Below are positions 12,693 through 26,000 of a stretch of 64,000 nt of DNA, piece by piece. The position numbers were made by a program, and so were the translations under genes. The number at the start of each line of letters is the position of its first letter. The first letter of the stretch is position 1. The DNA lies in assembly GCF_018977255.1 (NCBI RefSeq), contig NW_024704743.1:94428001-94492000 (forward strand), written 5' to 3'. The stretch is from Callorhinchus milii. Its lineage: Eukaryota. The notes beneath the pieces were generated by a model. The model was not told the DNA's origin and searched no databases. It saw nothing but the letters and a program-made list of their open reading frames with translations.

Positions 12693-13117
12693 CCTCTGAC
12701 AACCAGGTCCGCAGGCTCTGTATGATGTACTGTGTCAATTATTCCTGCTTATCGTGCTCTCGTTATGGCGTTAGTAACTGTAGCACAGTTAGGCAGACCC
12801 AGATTTGTCCGGGTTCTGGAGGGAACTATATCACAACCTTGCTTATATCACATTCATATCACATCTTTAACACACTCTCAAAAAGAAAGTTCTGGTGGAC
12901 TAGTGGTGTCTGAGGGCCAGCAAGTAAAGCGTGTTCATTTGCAATAGTAATTGGCTGCATAAATACAGGCTGCTAGGGGATGACACACAGGATGATTTTA
13001 AGTTCTCATCTTACCGACAGCAATCCAGTGAGGACGATATCTTTAGAAACACCATTTATAACCATTGTGCCATACTCCCAAGAACGTGAGATAAGAGAAA
13101 TTTCCATTTAAGAACAT
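12693..13117 (-). pseudogene. Dynein HC pseudo-exons (end of linker)
   Basis: 13015-13117 ends at gtaaga: GSMAQWL*MVFLKISSSL ~ GNVEEWLGKVEEAMFTSL; next block KM*YECDISK ~ QIMWCRDLT. Confidence 0.6.
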
Positions 13118-13334
13118 CTTCAACACAGCAGTAAACGAACAAGAAAAATTAAATGTTCTGAATAGCTGACACAAATCGTAATCCATTTAAATCACGTGCC
13201 AAAGTTATTCACTCAGCAGCATTTACAATACTTGGAACTGAGGCGTTTTAATTTGGAAACATGTAAAGTACAGAGACAAAAACAGTGCAGCAAAATAATT
13301 AATACTTCAATAGGTAAACTTTAAAGAAACTTAC

Positions 13335-14417
13335 TCCGTTGTGTAAACCATTCTGTCTTCATATGTATCCTGCTTGTATGGACTTTAAAAGGTTTATGCA
13401 AAAACCTTTTGGTCTCAGCATGCGAGCTGAAGGCAGTGTTGAACACAGCTCACAGCTGAGCAGGCTGAATTTAGCACTTGGCTCAGGACACTGTACCAGC
13501 AGTCTCTATCTTTAACTCTAAACTATCCGGTCCTACATTCCAGCTAAGTCCTGCTGGCAGATGCCTTGTGCAGCTCACCAATCAAATGCTTTTTGATCAC
13601 TAGACTTTAATTTTCTCTTCCCCCCGCCCCACTCCCCTCCAGTTTCCCCTCCAAAATCTAATAATGAAAAGGATTCATTATGAGGTTCTGTTGTTGGATT
13701 AAATATGTCTAAGATGATGACAGAACAAGTTTTCCATGATTACAATCACTGAATTCAGAAGACAAAGCTACTGAACTCCTTCAAAGTTACATTCGTTGAA
13801 GCTGCTATTGAGAGCGCCAGTTTCCAAACTTGGCTGACTAGGAAAGGAATGCAATGATGAATGATATCATGGGAAGCTTGGCAGAACTGTCAGGGTCCAG
13901 GCTGTTCATAATATTTATCTGAAAGTAATCTTGCCAGCCCCGCTCCATATGCTGCACAACAATCAAATCTCAAAACACAACACTGCCCAGTAGAACTGTG
14001 CCTTAAAACTGGATTGTGAATAATTCATGTGAACACATGTTCCTTTCTCTTTTCAGCCCCCCCCCCCAACAAGGGCCAAAGGCAATGAATTTCTGAACAA
14101 ATTCCTCGACATGGGATTTGTGCAGCAACCCATTTCATGCTGTAAATGAACCACATTCAGAGGCAAAGACTTTTACTCAGGAATATCAGAAACTTTACAC
14201 TTGGGTTCTAGTAACAAATTGTAATCTTTATCCACAAAACTGAAACAAATACATTTTGGTGTCTGCAAAGCACACAGTTCGAAAGTGCTTACAGTTCACG
14301 TTTAGTCTTACGAAATCTGGGCAGGTACAGGATACTGTATCATTTCAACTGGATACAAAAATCACATTGTTCAAATACTACCTCGCTTGCTACCCCAAAT
14401 CATCCCAAAATATCAAA
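13335..14417 (-). pseudogene. Dynein HC pseudo-exons (linker/DHC_N2; about four exons)
   Basis: SEVVFEQCDFCIQLK*YSIL ~ EAALEKMLFKIIDFWNT; MERGWQDY..PDSSAKLPMIS..FLVSQVWK ~ CQRNWLYL..PDIQRQLPAES..FSQVISMWK; IKKHLIGEL ~ IKKSLEDYL; FLHKPF ~ HLRKCF; donor gtaagt at 13334. Confidence 0.7.
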
Positions 14418-14910
14418 CTGTATCAAATACACGGCAACAAAGTCTCCTACCCTTCATAAACTGCATTTGGGCTAAATGGGGGAAGTGAGTAGTGGTGTGG
14501 GAAGGAGAGTATGGTGGTGGTGGACAGGGGGATAGAAAGAATTTGCTCTCACAAATTCACAATGAAACAACTGAAAAGGTTTTGTTTGCTATTTCTACTC
14601 TGGAACAACATTCCATAGGCTTGCCCACACAAGCTATATAGCTCTGGAAATGTTAACACAGTTCTCTGGATAACACAAACACTGAATTCAGATGAAGGGG
14701 TTTAAGAAACCACAGGTATCAAGTTTAAACCTTTTACTTCCACAGCCCATCTCTCCCAAAAGCATTAACTTGTGCAACAACCAGCCATAATGTAAACGGT
14801 CAATTCATCTGGAGGATTATTGGACACTGTTCTGGCAATGGGTGCGTGAGAAACCTCCTTGGGGGAGGAGGTAAGAAGATCTGGCTCCAAGGAGAAGTGT
14901 TTGGCCATCA

Positions 14911-15222
14911 TGGAGTCCTGTAGCTCAGTGGTTAGAGCACTTGTCTCACAAGCGAAATACCTGGGTTTGATTTGCGACAGGACAAAACCTTGGGCAACTT
15001 TCCTTCATTGGCACGCCTGATAATAATCCCTCAAGAAAAAAAATAATAAATTGGTCACTTCAATCCACGACTGTTTATGGGACACTGCTGTGCGCAATTG
15101 GCTGCCATGTTTTGCCCACAAATATATAGTCAATTCATTTTACAGTATATTCTGTGAAGCACTTTGAAACATCTAGAAGATGTGAAAAGCGCTAAATCAA
15201 ATGCAAGGATTATTATTATTAT
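14911..15222 (+). mobile_element. tRNA-derived SINE, short form
   Basis: tggagtcctgtagctcagtggttagagcac head; atcaaatgcaaggattattatt tail. Confidence 0.9.
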
Positions 15223-17256
15223 AGTATGTCAAAATTGAGTCAATCCTCTCTGGCAGCCTCGGTAATCTGGTTCCTGAGCGAGGCACAATATGCCAAGGAA
15301 TTGCTGATGACAGACCAGCCTGGCTCGCTGGCTGCACTTGGAGGGCAGAGGATTCTTCCCAGCTCTTGTTAATCCTGAGAGTCAGAGAGGGTGGTCCTAG
15401 CTGAACAAGCAGCAGGAACCTGATCATACACTGCTCTCATTAGCAGGCAATGCAGTTTCAAATGGTTAATCTAAGGCAGCATATACTGAGGCCCAAAGCC
15501 TTGGCTCTCATCAACCTGCATGTAATACTCTGTGGTATTAGGTAAACTGGATGCACACCTCCAGCAAGAGAGTGCATATTCCATTCAAGACATAAAGAAA
15601 TTTCCATGCCTAAGTGGTATACATATGTGGAACTCTAAATCTATTTATGATTCTCTTAAGCACAGCAAAAGGTTTCCGTAGATACCCAGCTGACCCCCCA
15701 AAAAGGGGAGAGGAGACGGAGTAGGATCACTGTGCCGCATCAGAGCAGGCAACCCTAGTCAATCCATTCCTTTTCTTTACTTAGAGATATTGAGACAAAA
15801 TCCAGCTCTCCTCCCACCAATCCTAGCTGAGAGGAGCAAATTGAGTACAAGCCAAGAATTCAAACAAGCCCTTTCCTTCCTCTTCTGTATCACTCAGTGC
15901 AACCCAACATAATGCAATTACAGACTGAACCACGAGGGAAGGAAGAAGATATTATCGACAAATATTGTTGTAAAAAATAACTAAAATGTAGCTGTGATCT
16001 GGGGAAGATCACACAATGTTACACTGTAACTCACAGATAACATCTCACCAGCATGGCATGAACTGTACATAATTTGTCCAATGTCTCTGCATGTACTGTA
16101 CTTACATAGATATATTTGTGAATTATAGATTGTTCTTTTGCAAATATGATACTGTTTCATGAAGAAAAAGCTGGCACCTACCAGCAAGTTCTGCAGTGGG
16201 CTCTAAACATTAGTTGAGTGGTGCAAGTAGCCAAGCAAATGCAAAAGAACGGGGATGGACTGGCTATTTGGGAAAACAGGACATTTCGTTAATTCCCCTT
16301 TTGAATGGTTGCTTGTAGCTCAGTTCAGAAGTTCTATTTAAGCCCAACAAAGTGTTTAAACGTGTGGAGGTTTTATCCTGACTTGGTGCCCCCCACGACG
16401 CACCCCTCCACAACTCCGTGACCCCATTTTACCTGATAATACCAAGCCCTTTGGGGGAGTCATTCCACATCTGCAAAGGAACTATTCAAATGCTCTTCAA
16501 TGCTGCTTTTTTCTTAATAAAAAAAATCACATCAGTGAGACTGGATTCCTCTTTAGGACATTCTGTACTTGATGTGGAAGCCTCGGCAGTCAAGGGGAGC
16601 AGACGATAATTGGCTCAAATCAGATTTTAGCCTGAACTGTTACCATGCTGCGTAGAAATTCCCACAGTGAATGCAAATGGTTGTTCACATTTATTAGCAG
16701 GATGAAGATTAATTACAACTTCATAAAGCTCTAGAGTTTAAGTCGGACTTTTTAAGAGGCAAATACTTGTCATACTCTCTGAAAGCTAACTTTTAAAACC
16801 ACTTTTTAAAAAACGTGACAGAGCTGAACACAAAGCGGGTTCAGCGATCATGATTTCAGAAATGAAACTTTTCTTTGAAAGAGATGAGGATTGTTTTCTC
16901 ATAAAATCACCAGTTCAGTTCAGGGTATCCAAAACAATTACGTGAAGTCAGAGAGATGAAAGAGGAGAGGCAATTTGGGGATGCTGTGAGTGGATATTTA
17001 GCACAGTAGGGAGTCTTCCACCAGTTACATGTCCACCCTCCAGTAAGAGAATGGCACACGTCTTGGCTAGATTTTAAAAGTGTTTGCATTCAAAGGACAA
17101 AACCCACACATGCTGAGATAATAATAATAATCCTTGAATTTGATAGAGCGCCTTATCACATCTTCAGGACGTCTCAAAGCGCTTCACAGAATATACTGTA
17201 AATTGAATTGACTGTGTATTTTGTGGGAGAAGATAGCAATATCCTCCAAGCCTTAC

Positions 17257-17547
17257 GTCGTTGGTGAATTATGCTCTAACCATTTGAAATTATTCAAAAT
17301 GCTATCCAAAGCTTCAACTTGATGCTCGCTCTTTGAAATTTAATTGAATGGTTAAGAAATTTTACTGCAGTATTTCAAATCGACAGCATCAAATCCAGCC
17401 TTGAGTTCATGGCTTTACACAGCTTTTATAGCCGAAGGGTCATTTTACAACTGAATGATCAGACCCTTGTCTTTTGCTGCACATCAAGTCAAAAGAAAGC
17501 ATCGGTTGTGTGAAACCATGACAACTATCCACGAAGGTATGCTGGAA
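17257..17547 (-). pseudogene. Dynein HC pseudo-exon (start of linker/DHC_N2 region)
   Basis: attgtag|...|gtaagg; GSDHSVVK.. and MNSRLDLMLSI*NTAVK resemble DNAH6 LPPNSVVPQLK..MKEKLPVIIDLRNPTLK. Confidence 0.65.
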
Positions 17548-18330
17548 CTACAATAAATGGCTTTAAATATTACATTTATTTAGCAATTATTACAATGTAT
17601 CAAGAACATGCCTGATCAAGACTTTCATTTGCAGTAAATATTTGAGGTTAAGGCAAGGAGCAATTTTTCCACTGCTTGCACTCATCGTTCAGATCATGCA
17701 CATCATACTAGCTAGTGTCACTATACAACTGAGACCCCCAGATAACAAACTAATCACATATCTTAAAATTAAAGAAAAATTAAATCTTTGGTCACTCAAT
17801 CCACGACTGGTTGTTGGACACTGCTGTGCACAATTGGCTGACACGTTTCGTCCAAAAAATATATACAGTCAATTCACAGTATATTCTGTGAAGCGCTTTG
17901 AGACGTCTCAAAGACGTGATAAGGCGCTATATCAAATGCAAGGATTATTATTTGTTGCATACATCAAACTGATGATTTAAACTGGGGCTCCTTGTGCAAA
18001 ACGATGTCTGGGCAGAGGAAGATCTGATAAGAGGTGGTGTAATCAGTTTATACAAAACTGACTTTTGTCAACAGCAGAAATATATGAGAACAAAGAATTT
18101 TGAAGTTAAAGGAACATGTTTTTCTTTGTTTCTGCTGTCCAAGCCACCATGTCTGTCCTTTCTACAGCATCGTGTAGCTGCTTTCACCAACATACAACAG
18201 TCATAAATTAGCAGTGGTCTTAAAATCTAAAGCAAAGATATTTACAAAGGAGAATACCTGTGGTCTGAACCTCATCCCTTAATGAAGACCAATTGAGGCT
18301 TTTACATTGATCATGTGAAAATTGTTATAC

Positions 18331-18680
18331 CACAAAAGGTTTTTGGAATTTGCATTATTTTGTCCTCCATATTCTATCAATAAGTCTCCAAATGTTAAGA
18401 TGGAATTTCAGACCCCAGGTATTTTAAACATATGCAATTATCAAGACATTACGCCTGAAGTGTCTCTTTTGAACAGTTCCAACACACCCAATACCACCAC
18501 ATCCACCAACTGTGCATGTGTTCCAATCAAGAGCTACAAAGGCCAAAAATATCAATTTCTCTTCCTCTTACAGTCAATGTGGATTTGCTGTGCATTTCCA
18601 GTATTTGTCTTGTTTCAACTTCTGCAGATTTTCTTCAACTATTTTAAGTCATTTCCCATGAGGCCTCACCATTGATTAGC
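18331..18680 (-). pseudogene. Dynein HC pseudo-exons (two, end of tail)
   Basis: Donor gtaag near 18570 and acceptor ctttgtag at 18534; VDVVVLGVLELFKRD resembles ITQIVLSEISDIEGD; several stops. Confidence 0.45.
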
Positions 18681-18893
18681 AGTCAGTTAACACCAGAACA
18701 GCTTACACTGAAGTGATCACTCGTGTTATTATCAGGGATGTTTCTTTTGCCATTTTACTCCATTCCCTTCCTGAAGAGGTTTGACTCCTTTTTCATTATG
18801 CTGGTGTGCAATTATTTGGGTTCTGGATTGCCATTGGTATTAATGCTAAAGTAACCATTATTCAAGCCTGGACTGAGGGTTAGCAATTACAGT

Positions 18894-19029
18894 GCCACAT
18901 GATAAAATACTATTGACTGAAATGAAAGAGAGAGGCCATGAATCATGGGCCACTAATCATTGTGTTCTATGTCATTCTATGAGTAGTGGCCTCTCTTCCC
19001 TTTCAGTCCGCAGTATTTTATCATGTGGC
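18894..19029. repeat. Inverted repeat/hairpin, ~45 bp arms (MITE-like)
   Basis: gccacatgataaaatact..gagaggcca pairs with tggcctctc..agtattttatcatgtggc. Confidence 0.8.
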
Positions 19030-21769
19030 TCTACTGCTCTGTAATCTTGTTATCTGAACTTGGCAAGTATGGTCTCGTAGATTTTGGTGCCCTTCAATAC
19101 TGACTGATTGTGTACTCTTATATATAGAAAATATGATAATCAAATGGGTTTAAAAAGTAATATCTTTAGTCACTTGACATCATTTTGTTTCTGTAAACTT
19201 GCCAGTTAAATAGCATTAGATTCACCGTAAAGTAGAGCAACGTTTTAGAAAACTTTTCAGTGCTCTGAATTTTGAAACATGAAACTCAATGATGTAACAT
19301 ACCTACCCATTTCATTATCTTTATCCCAAGGCAATGAGTATTTAATGATCAGTAATTTAGCATCTTGTTCTTGCCTGCACTAAAATGACTTCAGGTGTAC
19401 AGTTTGCAGGTAGGTTTACAATGACCTGCATTTCACTGGTCGAGGACAATGCATGACCACCACAGAACCCAATTTCAGAATCATCTGTTCAAAAACAAGA
19501 GAAGTTGGGGCAATTTCTCATAATCTGCTCTGTGTACCCCTCCTCTTTCTGGTCACACTATACATCATAGTGTGGGTGAGAGGGCAGTTGAGGAACAGTC
19601 TTTATCTAGGTTATGCCTTTCACTTCTTAATTTTTTTGGGGGTGGAGAGAGGTCGGGGAATGACTTGACTGACAGTTTTATATGCTGAGGGTGAATGCCT
19701 TTTGCCTGGTGGAAATCTCCCAGAATTTCTACTTCGCTCATTCTAGTTCCCGATACAAAACAATTCTTGCCTCTATTCTATTCTTTTACCCTCCTTCCCC
19801 ACCCAATTTCTCCTTGTCTCCTCCTCTGCTGAAATCACAGACAATATTTCTGGGATACATTCCCCCAGTGACTGTTCATGGATCCTGATCTGAGATAGTC
19901 AGTGGGGCCAGGTTAGTCAACCCAAAGGAGGTATCACAACTGAGTGTGATCAGCAAGGTCACTGGATAGTACCAAACAGCTGGAACCTTTGCTGATGTTT
20001 TCCATTTTGAATCCCAGGACCTGCTGAGACTAATTGTAGCTGAGGTCACCTGTATCACCCCAACTGCTACCCAGGCTGAGATTGGTCAACTCAGTCAACA
20101 TTGACCAATATTCAAAACTATAAACTTTTGTCTGCATGGCCAAGTGCTGTGTGTATTTGTGTCCCGGACTCTCCCTGACTTGTCCCCTCCCTCCCCACAT
20201 TCAAAGACAGCCTTGAGACAGCATTTGATCTTGCTGACAGCACTTTCAGTCATCTTTCCCCTTTCTACCCTCGTAAGATTTCGCCCCCAGCTCGAGTGAC
20301 CAGCGAGCAGTTTAAAGCCCTTTGAGACAGCTGCCCAGTATAAAAGGCACTTTATAAATATAATTGCTGTTGTATTTTATGTAGCATGAGAGCTGCTGAC
20401 TGGGCTTTCTTGTTTTGAGACTCGTGACAGCTTTGGATGGTTTCTTTAATATATGTTGAAGTTGATCCTACACGACTATGTACAATAATCCGGCACTCCT
20501 GAAATACAGCGTCCTCACCCCCTCCAGGCTCACAGCTCTCCATGTAGCAACGAGACCATCAACTTCAGGCTGCCCATCAGGTAGTGTGGTTAATTTGATG
20601 CACTCAGGCTGAGACCTGCTAGATTCTTCCCATTGAGCTGCAAATTGAAAAATGCACACCTGCCAAACTACTGCACAATCTCATCTCATTATTGCCACAC
20701 TGGGGATAGTGATTAGAAGAGATTTAAAATAATATGAAGTTGAAAGCAGGATTTTAAATTTCTCGTGCAATACTTTACAAAATGCAGGACTTGGCCTTCT
20801 GCCCCAAAGCTCCAACTCTTTGGAACACTCTCCCAGAATACTTTCATTTTGCATCTCTGTCTTCAAACCTTCTTAAAAACGGATCTCTTTGGCCCATACC
20901 TTTGGTAAACACCCTCAAACTTCTTTATTCCCTGCTCGGTGAACCCTTTTGTTGCCGTGAAGCAAGTTGAAATATTATTCCGACATAAAAAATTATTACA
21001 AATGTACTTTCAATACGTGTCTCAAAATGTATCTCTTTGCCTGTGCTTTTGGTCTCCCTCCCACTCGCTTTCCCAACTCCCACCCCCTACCCAGAGCACT
21101 CATCAGGCATTGTCAAAATGTGAAATTCACTATATAAATATAAATTGTATTGTACAGTATATGGTTTGTTAAAGCTACACTTTCAGCTTTTAATACATTC
21201 ATAAAGTAAATTTATTAATCGGTTTATTCAAAAAAAGCCTAATTCACGATAATAGAATAGAAAACATTCTTATACTAAATATTCAAGTTTTATGGTCTAA
21301 AATTGCTTTAAAAAATTAAGGTGGTAATACCTGGAATGAAAATGTAATGCATCCATTTTTGAAAGATTAACGGAAATAAACATACACAGAGTAATCTCTA
21401 TTGGGGTGGGAGATTCTTTTTCTCTCCCATTCTAAATTGATGAATGAGAATTATGCCTTCTAAAAGTTTTGTGTTAATTGTTAAATTATTTGTTTTCTTA
21501 ATTTTGGCATTTAAAAGTATCCCAATGCACATTCTGTGGTCTCCAAGCTTTGGCTCTTGCCAACCTGTGCCTAATACTCTCCAGAATTAGGTAGGCAGGG
21601 TGCATTCCTCCAGGGGAGAGTGTTCATTCCTTTCTAGACACAGGGAAATTTCCACATGTAGGTGACACACATGTAACTCAGTTTGGTTGGATACTCTTAA
21701 GCATGGTGATGGGTTTCCATGTGTAACGGACACCCAGCTGACCAAAAAAGAAAGTGAACACAAAGAAAC

Positions 21770-22115
21770 CTTTTCTTGTTCCTGCTGAAAAACGCATAGC
21801 TTTACAACGGTCTTGTACATCCTCTTAACCACTCTTGAGTTCACAAATATACTCTGTGGTGAAGCTGTACTGCCATGTACTGCGATGCAACAGAGTACTT
21901 TCACATTCTACCCATGTACTCCATTTGCAGTGTTCCATTTTCTGAGACAGCTCCATCGTATTGCACTCTTGAAACCAAACCAATTTATCCCCTCACAACT
22001 GTCACATTAAAATGAAATACAGCAGTTTTCTTTCAACACCAAATGCAAAATGATTCAATACTTCAGCTTTTTCTCCAGCTAACTTAAGGCTTCTCAGGAA
22101 CCATAAGAGGCAGGT
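21770..22115 (-). pseudogene. Dynein HC pseudo-exon (tail)
   Basis: Polypyrimidine tract + ctag acceptor; FLRSLKLAGEKAEVLNHF and LLHRST..EYICELKSG*EDVQDRCKA resemble DNAH14 LKSSMKLSKINKDTAITKF and LLCAGT..EMIQTLSGEAASLTNKAKA. Confidence 0.6.
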
Positions 22116-22704
22116 CTAGATACGAATAAAAAGAGGCCCCGATTTATGAAGTGTAAAGTTACCAGCCTCTAAAATACACTGATCCAGTCCTGTTCATAAA
22201 GCCTAATGGCCACATAAATAAATCTACAATATGGTCAAATTAAATAGCATGGTCCTCAGTTGAGAATAATCTTATTTCTCTATCATCAATAGATATAAAA
22301 ATGTGATTCCCTGTCATAATGGGGAGAACGGGTGCATAATGACAAATTTACAACTTGTCATTTGTAACCCAATTCTGCACTGGCCACAAAAACAAGCAAG
22401 CTTTAGGCATGGGGAGGGCGTGAGGAATTTCTCTGCTTCCACGAACAAAAGCTTGGGAAGATAGCTTGGGAAGAGAGATTTCACTCTTGCCCTCCCAAAG
22501 TAAAGTACTTGAGGAAGATTTCCTTATCTCTCCCACCAACTGACTGGCCATCCAGGCAAAGCTCTAAACCTACGCTGCATATGTATATACACTGACAGGT
22601 TGACCTAGACTTTAATAGCTTCAATGGAGAGAATTATGAGCAGGTGGAAAATGCTATTTAAGTTTAACTACAGGCATGTAGACATTGGGACCACAAATCG
22701 TTCC

Positions 22705-22965
22705 CAACAACAACAACAACAAATTGCATATATATAGCACCTTTTAAGTCGGAATGACATCCCAAGGAACTGGACAGTCAAAGGTTCGCACCCAAGCTGG
22801 GATTTGGAATCAAGAGGGGTGAGGGCCAGGGAGGGTGGGGTGGGATTTATATTTTGTGCCCGAAAGCATGGTCAAAGAGCAAGGTCTGGAGACGTGCTTT
22901 GAAGGAAGCAAGGGATGGGGTGAGGTGAAGGGATTCCAGGATGTAGTTCCAGAGGGGTGGGGGGA
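22705..22965 (-). mobile_element. L2 LINE 3' end
   Basis: (CAA)n tail and L2 3'UTR. Confidence 0.75.
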
Positions 22966-23058
22966 ACCACAGTTCCCAATAATATAGTAAAGTGGTCACA
23001 ACCGACCACTTTCAATATACTTACTGGTGGTCACAACCGACCACTTCCTATACTTTCA

Positions 23059-24975
23059 ACACAGCTGAAACCCTTGTGCACGCCTTCATCACTTCACCAG
23101 CTGGAGTGTTCCAATTCCCCCCTCGCTGGTCTCCCCAGTTCCACCATGCACAAAATTCAATTCATTCAAAACTTCGCCACCTGGATATTCACCCCACATG
23201 AAATTCCATACCCCCATCATGCCAGTCCTAGCCAGGCTCCACCAGCTCCCAATCACCGAACGGATCGATTTCAAGATCCTCACTTGTTTTCAAATCACTT
23301 AATCCCCTCACACTTCCCTACCTATCTGACCTGCTTATGCCCACAATCCACCACCCACTGCCTCGTTTAGCTGGCTCTGGCCTCCAATTTGTTCCTCGTA
23401 CCTTCCGTTCCACCATCGGTGTCCGTGACTTCAGCCACTACAACCCGAAACTTTTGAACTCTCTCCCTCAATCCACCCCACCTTCAAATCCAATCTAAAG
23501 ATCTTTGTTTTTGATCGTGCTTACACATAAGAAAATAAGAACATAAGAAATGCTAGATCAAAAAAGACCAAGTTCCATCTAGTTTGTCATTCACCTTCCT
23601 GGTGGACGCATGCACATGTGTCCCAAACTGCCTGTATCCCATATCCCATAATATTATTTACTAATAGAAAACTATCCAATCTGTGCTTGAAATAATCAAC
23701 ACTTCCTGCTTCAACCGTCTCCAAGGAAGCCTGAAACAAAAACAGAAGTCGCTGGGAACACTTAGCAGGTCATCTATGGAGAAAGGAAAGTGAGTCAACG
23801 TTTTGGGTCCACAACCCGTCATTAGAACAGAAAGTATATTAAGTGGTCGGTTGTGACCACCAGTAAATATTTCAGATTTCCAGCATCTGTAGTATTTTGC
23901 ATTTTGTCTATAGGGAGCCTACTCACTCACTGAAATAGTGTTTGTGTAGATTCGTTCTGAATTTACCCCCCTTCAATCGCAGGCTATGTCCTCTAGTTCT
24001 ACTATTCTGGACAAGTTGAAACAGCCTGTCATGATCTATATTGTTTAGCCCCTTTAGAATCTTGAAGGCGGCAATCAAGTTGTCTCTCAATCTTCTCTTT
24101 TCCAGCATGAACATGCCCAATTTACTCCATCACTCCTCATAGACCAGTCTTCAATCATTTTGGTTGCCCTCCTCTATATCTTCTCGATTTCTCCAATATC
24201 CTTTATGTACTGCGACAACCAGAACCAATGATTTATAGAGTGGCAGGATTACCCCACTATTTCGGCTTCCTATTGATCTTTTGATACATCCTCAAATCTG
24301 GGTTGCTTTATTCACGGCCACACAGCATTGTTGGGAGAGCTACAATTTATTGTCAATCAGGACCCACAGGTCCTTTTCATTTTCCATAAATATTATTTTC
24401 CTTCCATTCAAATAATAGTCCCTTCCAGGATGTTTTGTCCCCCATGTGAAGTACTTTATATTTCTCCACATTGAATTTCATCTGCCACCAATCTACCCAA
24501 TTCACAAATATGTTCAAATCCTCCTGTAACCTATTTTGTTCAGCTTTGCAATCTATCACCTTCATTAGCTTGGTGACATCTACAAACTTAGCCACTGTCC
24601 TACTTCCAGATCATTTATAAATATACTAAACAAAAGAGTTCCCAAAACAGACCGTTGTGGAACTCCACTGGTAACATTTTCCCAGTCTGATGACATTCCC
24701 TGTATCACTACCCTCTGCGTTCTTCCGGTCAACCAATTGTGTGTCCATTGTAATATACCTCCACTGATTCCCACTTCTTTATTTTCAGTACCAGTTTCTC
24801 AAGAGGAACTATATCAAAGGCCTTACTGAAATTCTGATCACCTCCGGTCACCTTACGGTCACCTCTCCCCTCCCGCTCCCCCTGGCTAGTTGTCAGTGTC
24901 CGCCACTGTGAAGCGCTCCGGGACGCTATCTCGCATGAAGGGCACTATATAAATGCAAGTTGTTATTTTTGTTGT
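23059..24975 (+). mobile_element. L2 LINE 3' portion interrupted by CR1 (L2 at 23059-23523 and 24836-24975)
   Basis: AETLVHAFITS, KIQFIQNFA; tail tataaatgcaagttgtt resumes after the CR1. Confidence 0.85.
23525..24835 (-). mobile_element. CR1 LINE 3' fragment (RT C-terminus + 3'UTR), decayed
   Basis: ORFs WTHNWLTGRTQRVVI..SGVPQ, KFVDVTKL..WQMKFNVEK, LEKRRLRDNLI..TRGHSLRL; tail at 23525. Confidence 0.9.
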
Positions 24976-25729
24976 TTTAAATGTAGCCAGGTTCTCTTGA
25001 TATTTCAGTGAATAAATGCAATCCAATTGATTTTTGTACAATTAAAATGCAACTGAATATGGGATACATTTACTTAACAAGCCACACACATGTTGGTGAT
25101 CTCAAGATTCTGTTGGGCCTAACAAGATATAATGTTTGAAACACTTTCACTTGTCTACATATGGGTGCATTTTAACAGAGCTATTAACATCATATTAAAA
25201 CAGGGCAAGACTATCTTGCGACGTCTCACTCGTTAAGACTGACAATCTGTCATTCTGGTTGCACCTTCTACAGAATGTTCTTACGGGAAGTAAAGGATAT
25301 TGAGAAAAAGTGGGGGAATAGGATTAAATGGAATCTGTCATAATAATAATAAATATCCTTGCATTTGATATAGCGCTTTTCACGTCGGGAGGACGTCCCA
25401 AAGCGCTTCACAGAACACACTGTAAAGTGAATTGACTGTATATTTGTGGGCGAACGAGGCAGCCAATTGCGCACAGCAATGTCCCAGCAATGATCTAATT
25501 AATAATCTGGCAGAACAGGCTTGATGGGTCGAATTACCTCTTATATCTATGTTCCTATCCTACTATTTAATTTCTTGTACAATAAATAATAAACAGAAAT
25601 CCACCTCTTTAATACACCTGGTGTAATGCACAGTTTGTGCACTGTCCCAGCAAGGACAAAGATAACTTTTAAATTCTGCTTTCAATTTTGGGCTTGGCAG
25701 TCTGTTCCCATCTCAGGTCTCTTTCATTC

Positions 25730-26000
25730 AAGGTACGTATCTCTTTGGCCCGAGCAGGGGTTTAGGATCAGGGGATGGAGGGCAGGCGTAGCAGGGTGGC
25801 CGAAGGTGTAGTCAAAGAGGAGGGTCTCGAGACGTGCCTTGAAGGAGACAAGGGAAGGAACAAGGTAAAGGAACTGTAGAATGGAGTTCCAAAGGGTGGG
25901 GGCAGAGAGGCTGAAGGCCCAAACGCCGATGTTAGGGCGGTCATGGAACATGCCAGAGCCTGCTGAGGGGAGGGAGCGGACAGGCTGATATGGTGTTAGC
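25730..26000 (-). mobile_element. L2 LINE 3' fragment
   Basis: LTPYQPVRSLPSAGSG..AFSLSAPTLWNS..FKARLETLLF. Confidence 0.85.

Noticed and set aside
22990..23046. CRISPR-like repeat-spacer-repeat
   Set aside because: Only two units with a ~15 bp spacer, eukaryotic context and no cas genes.
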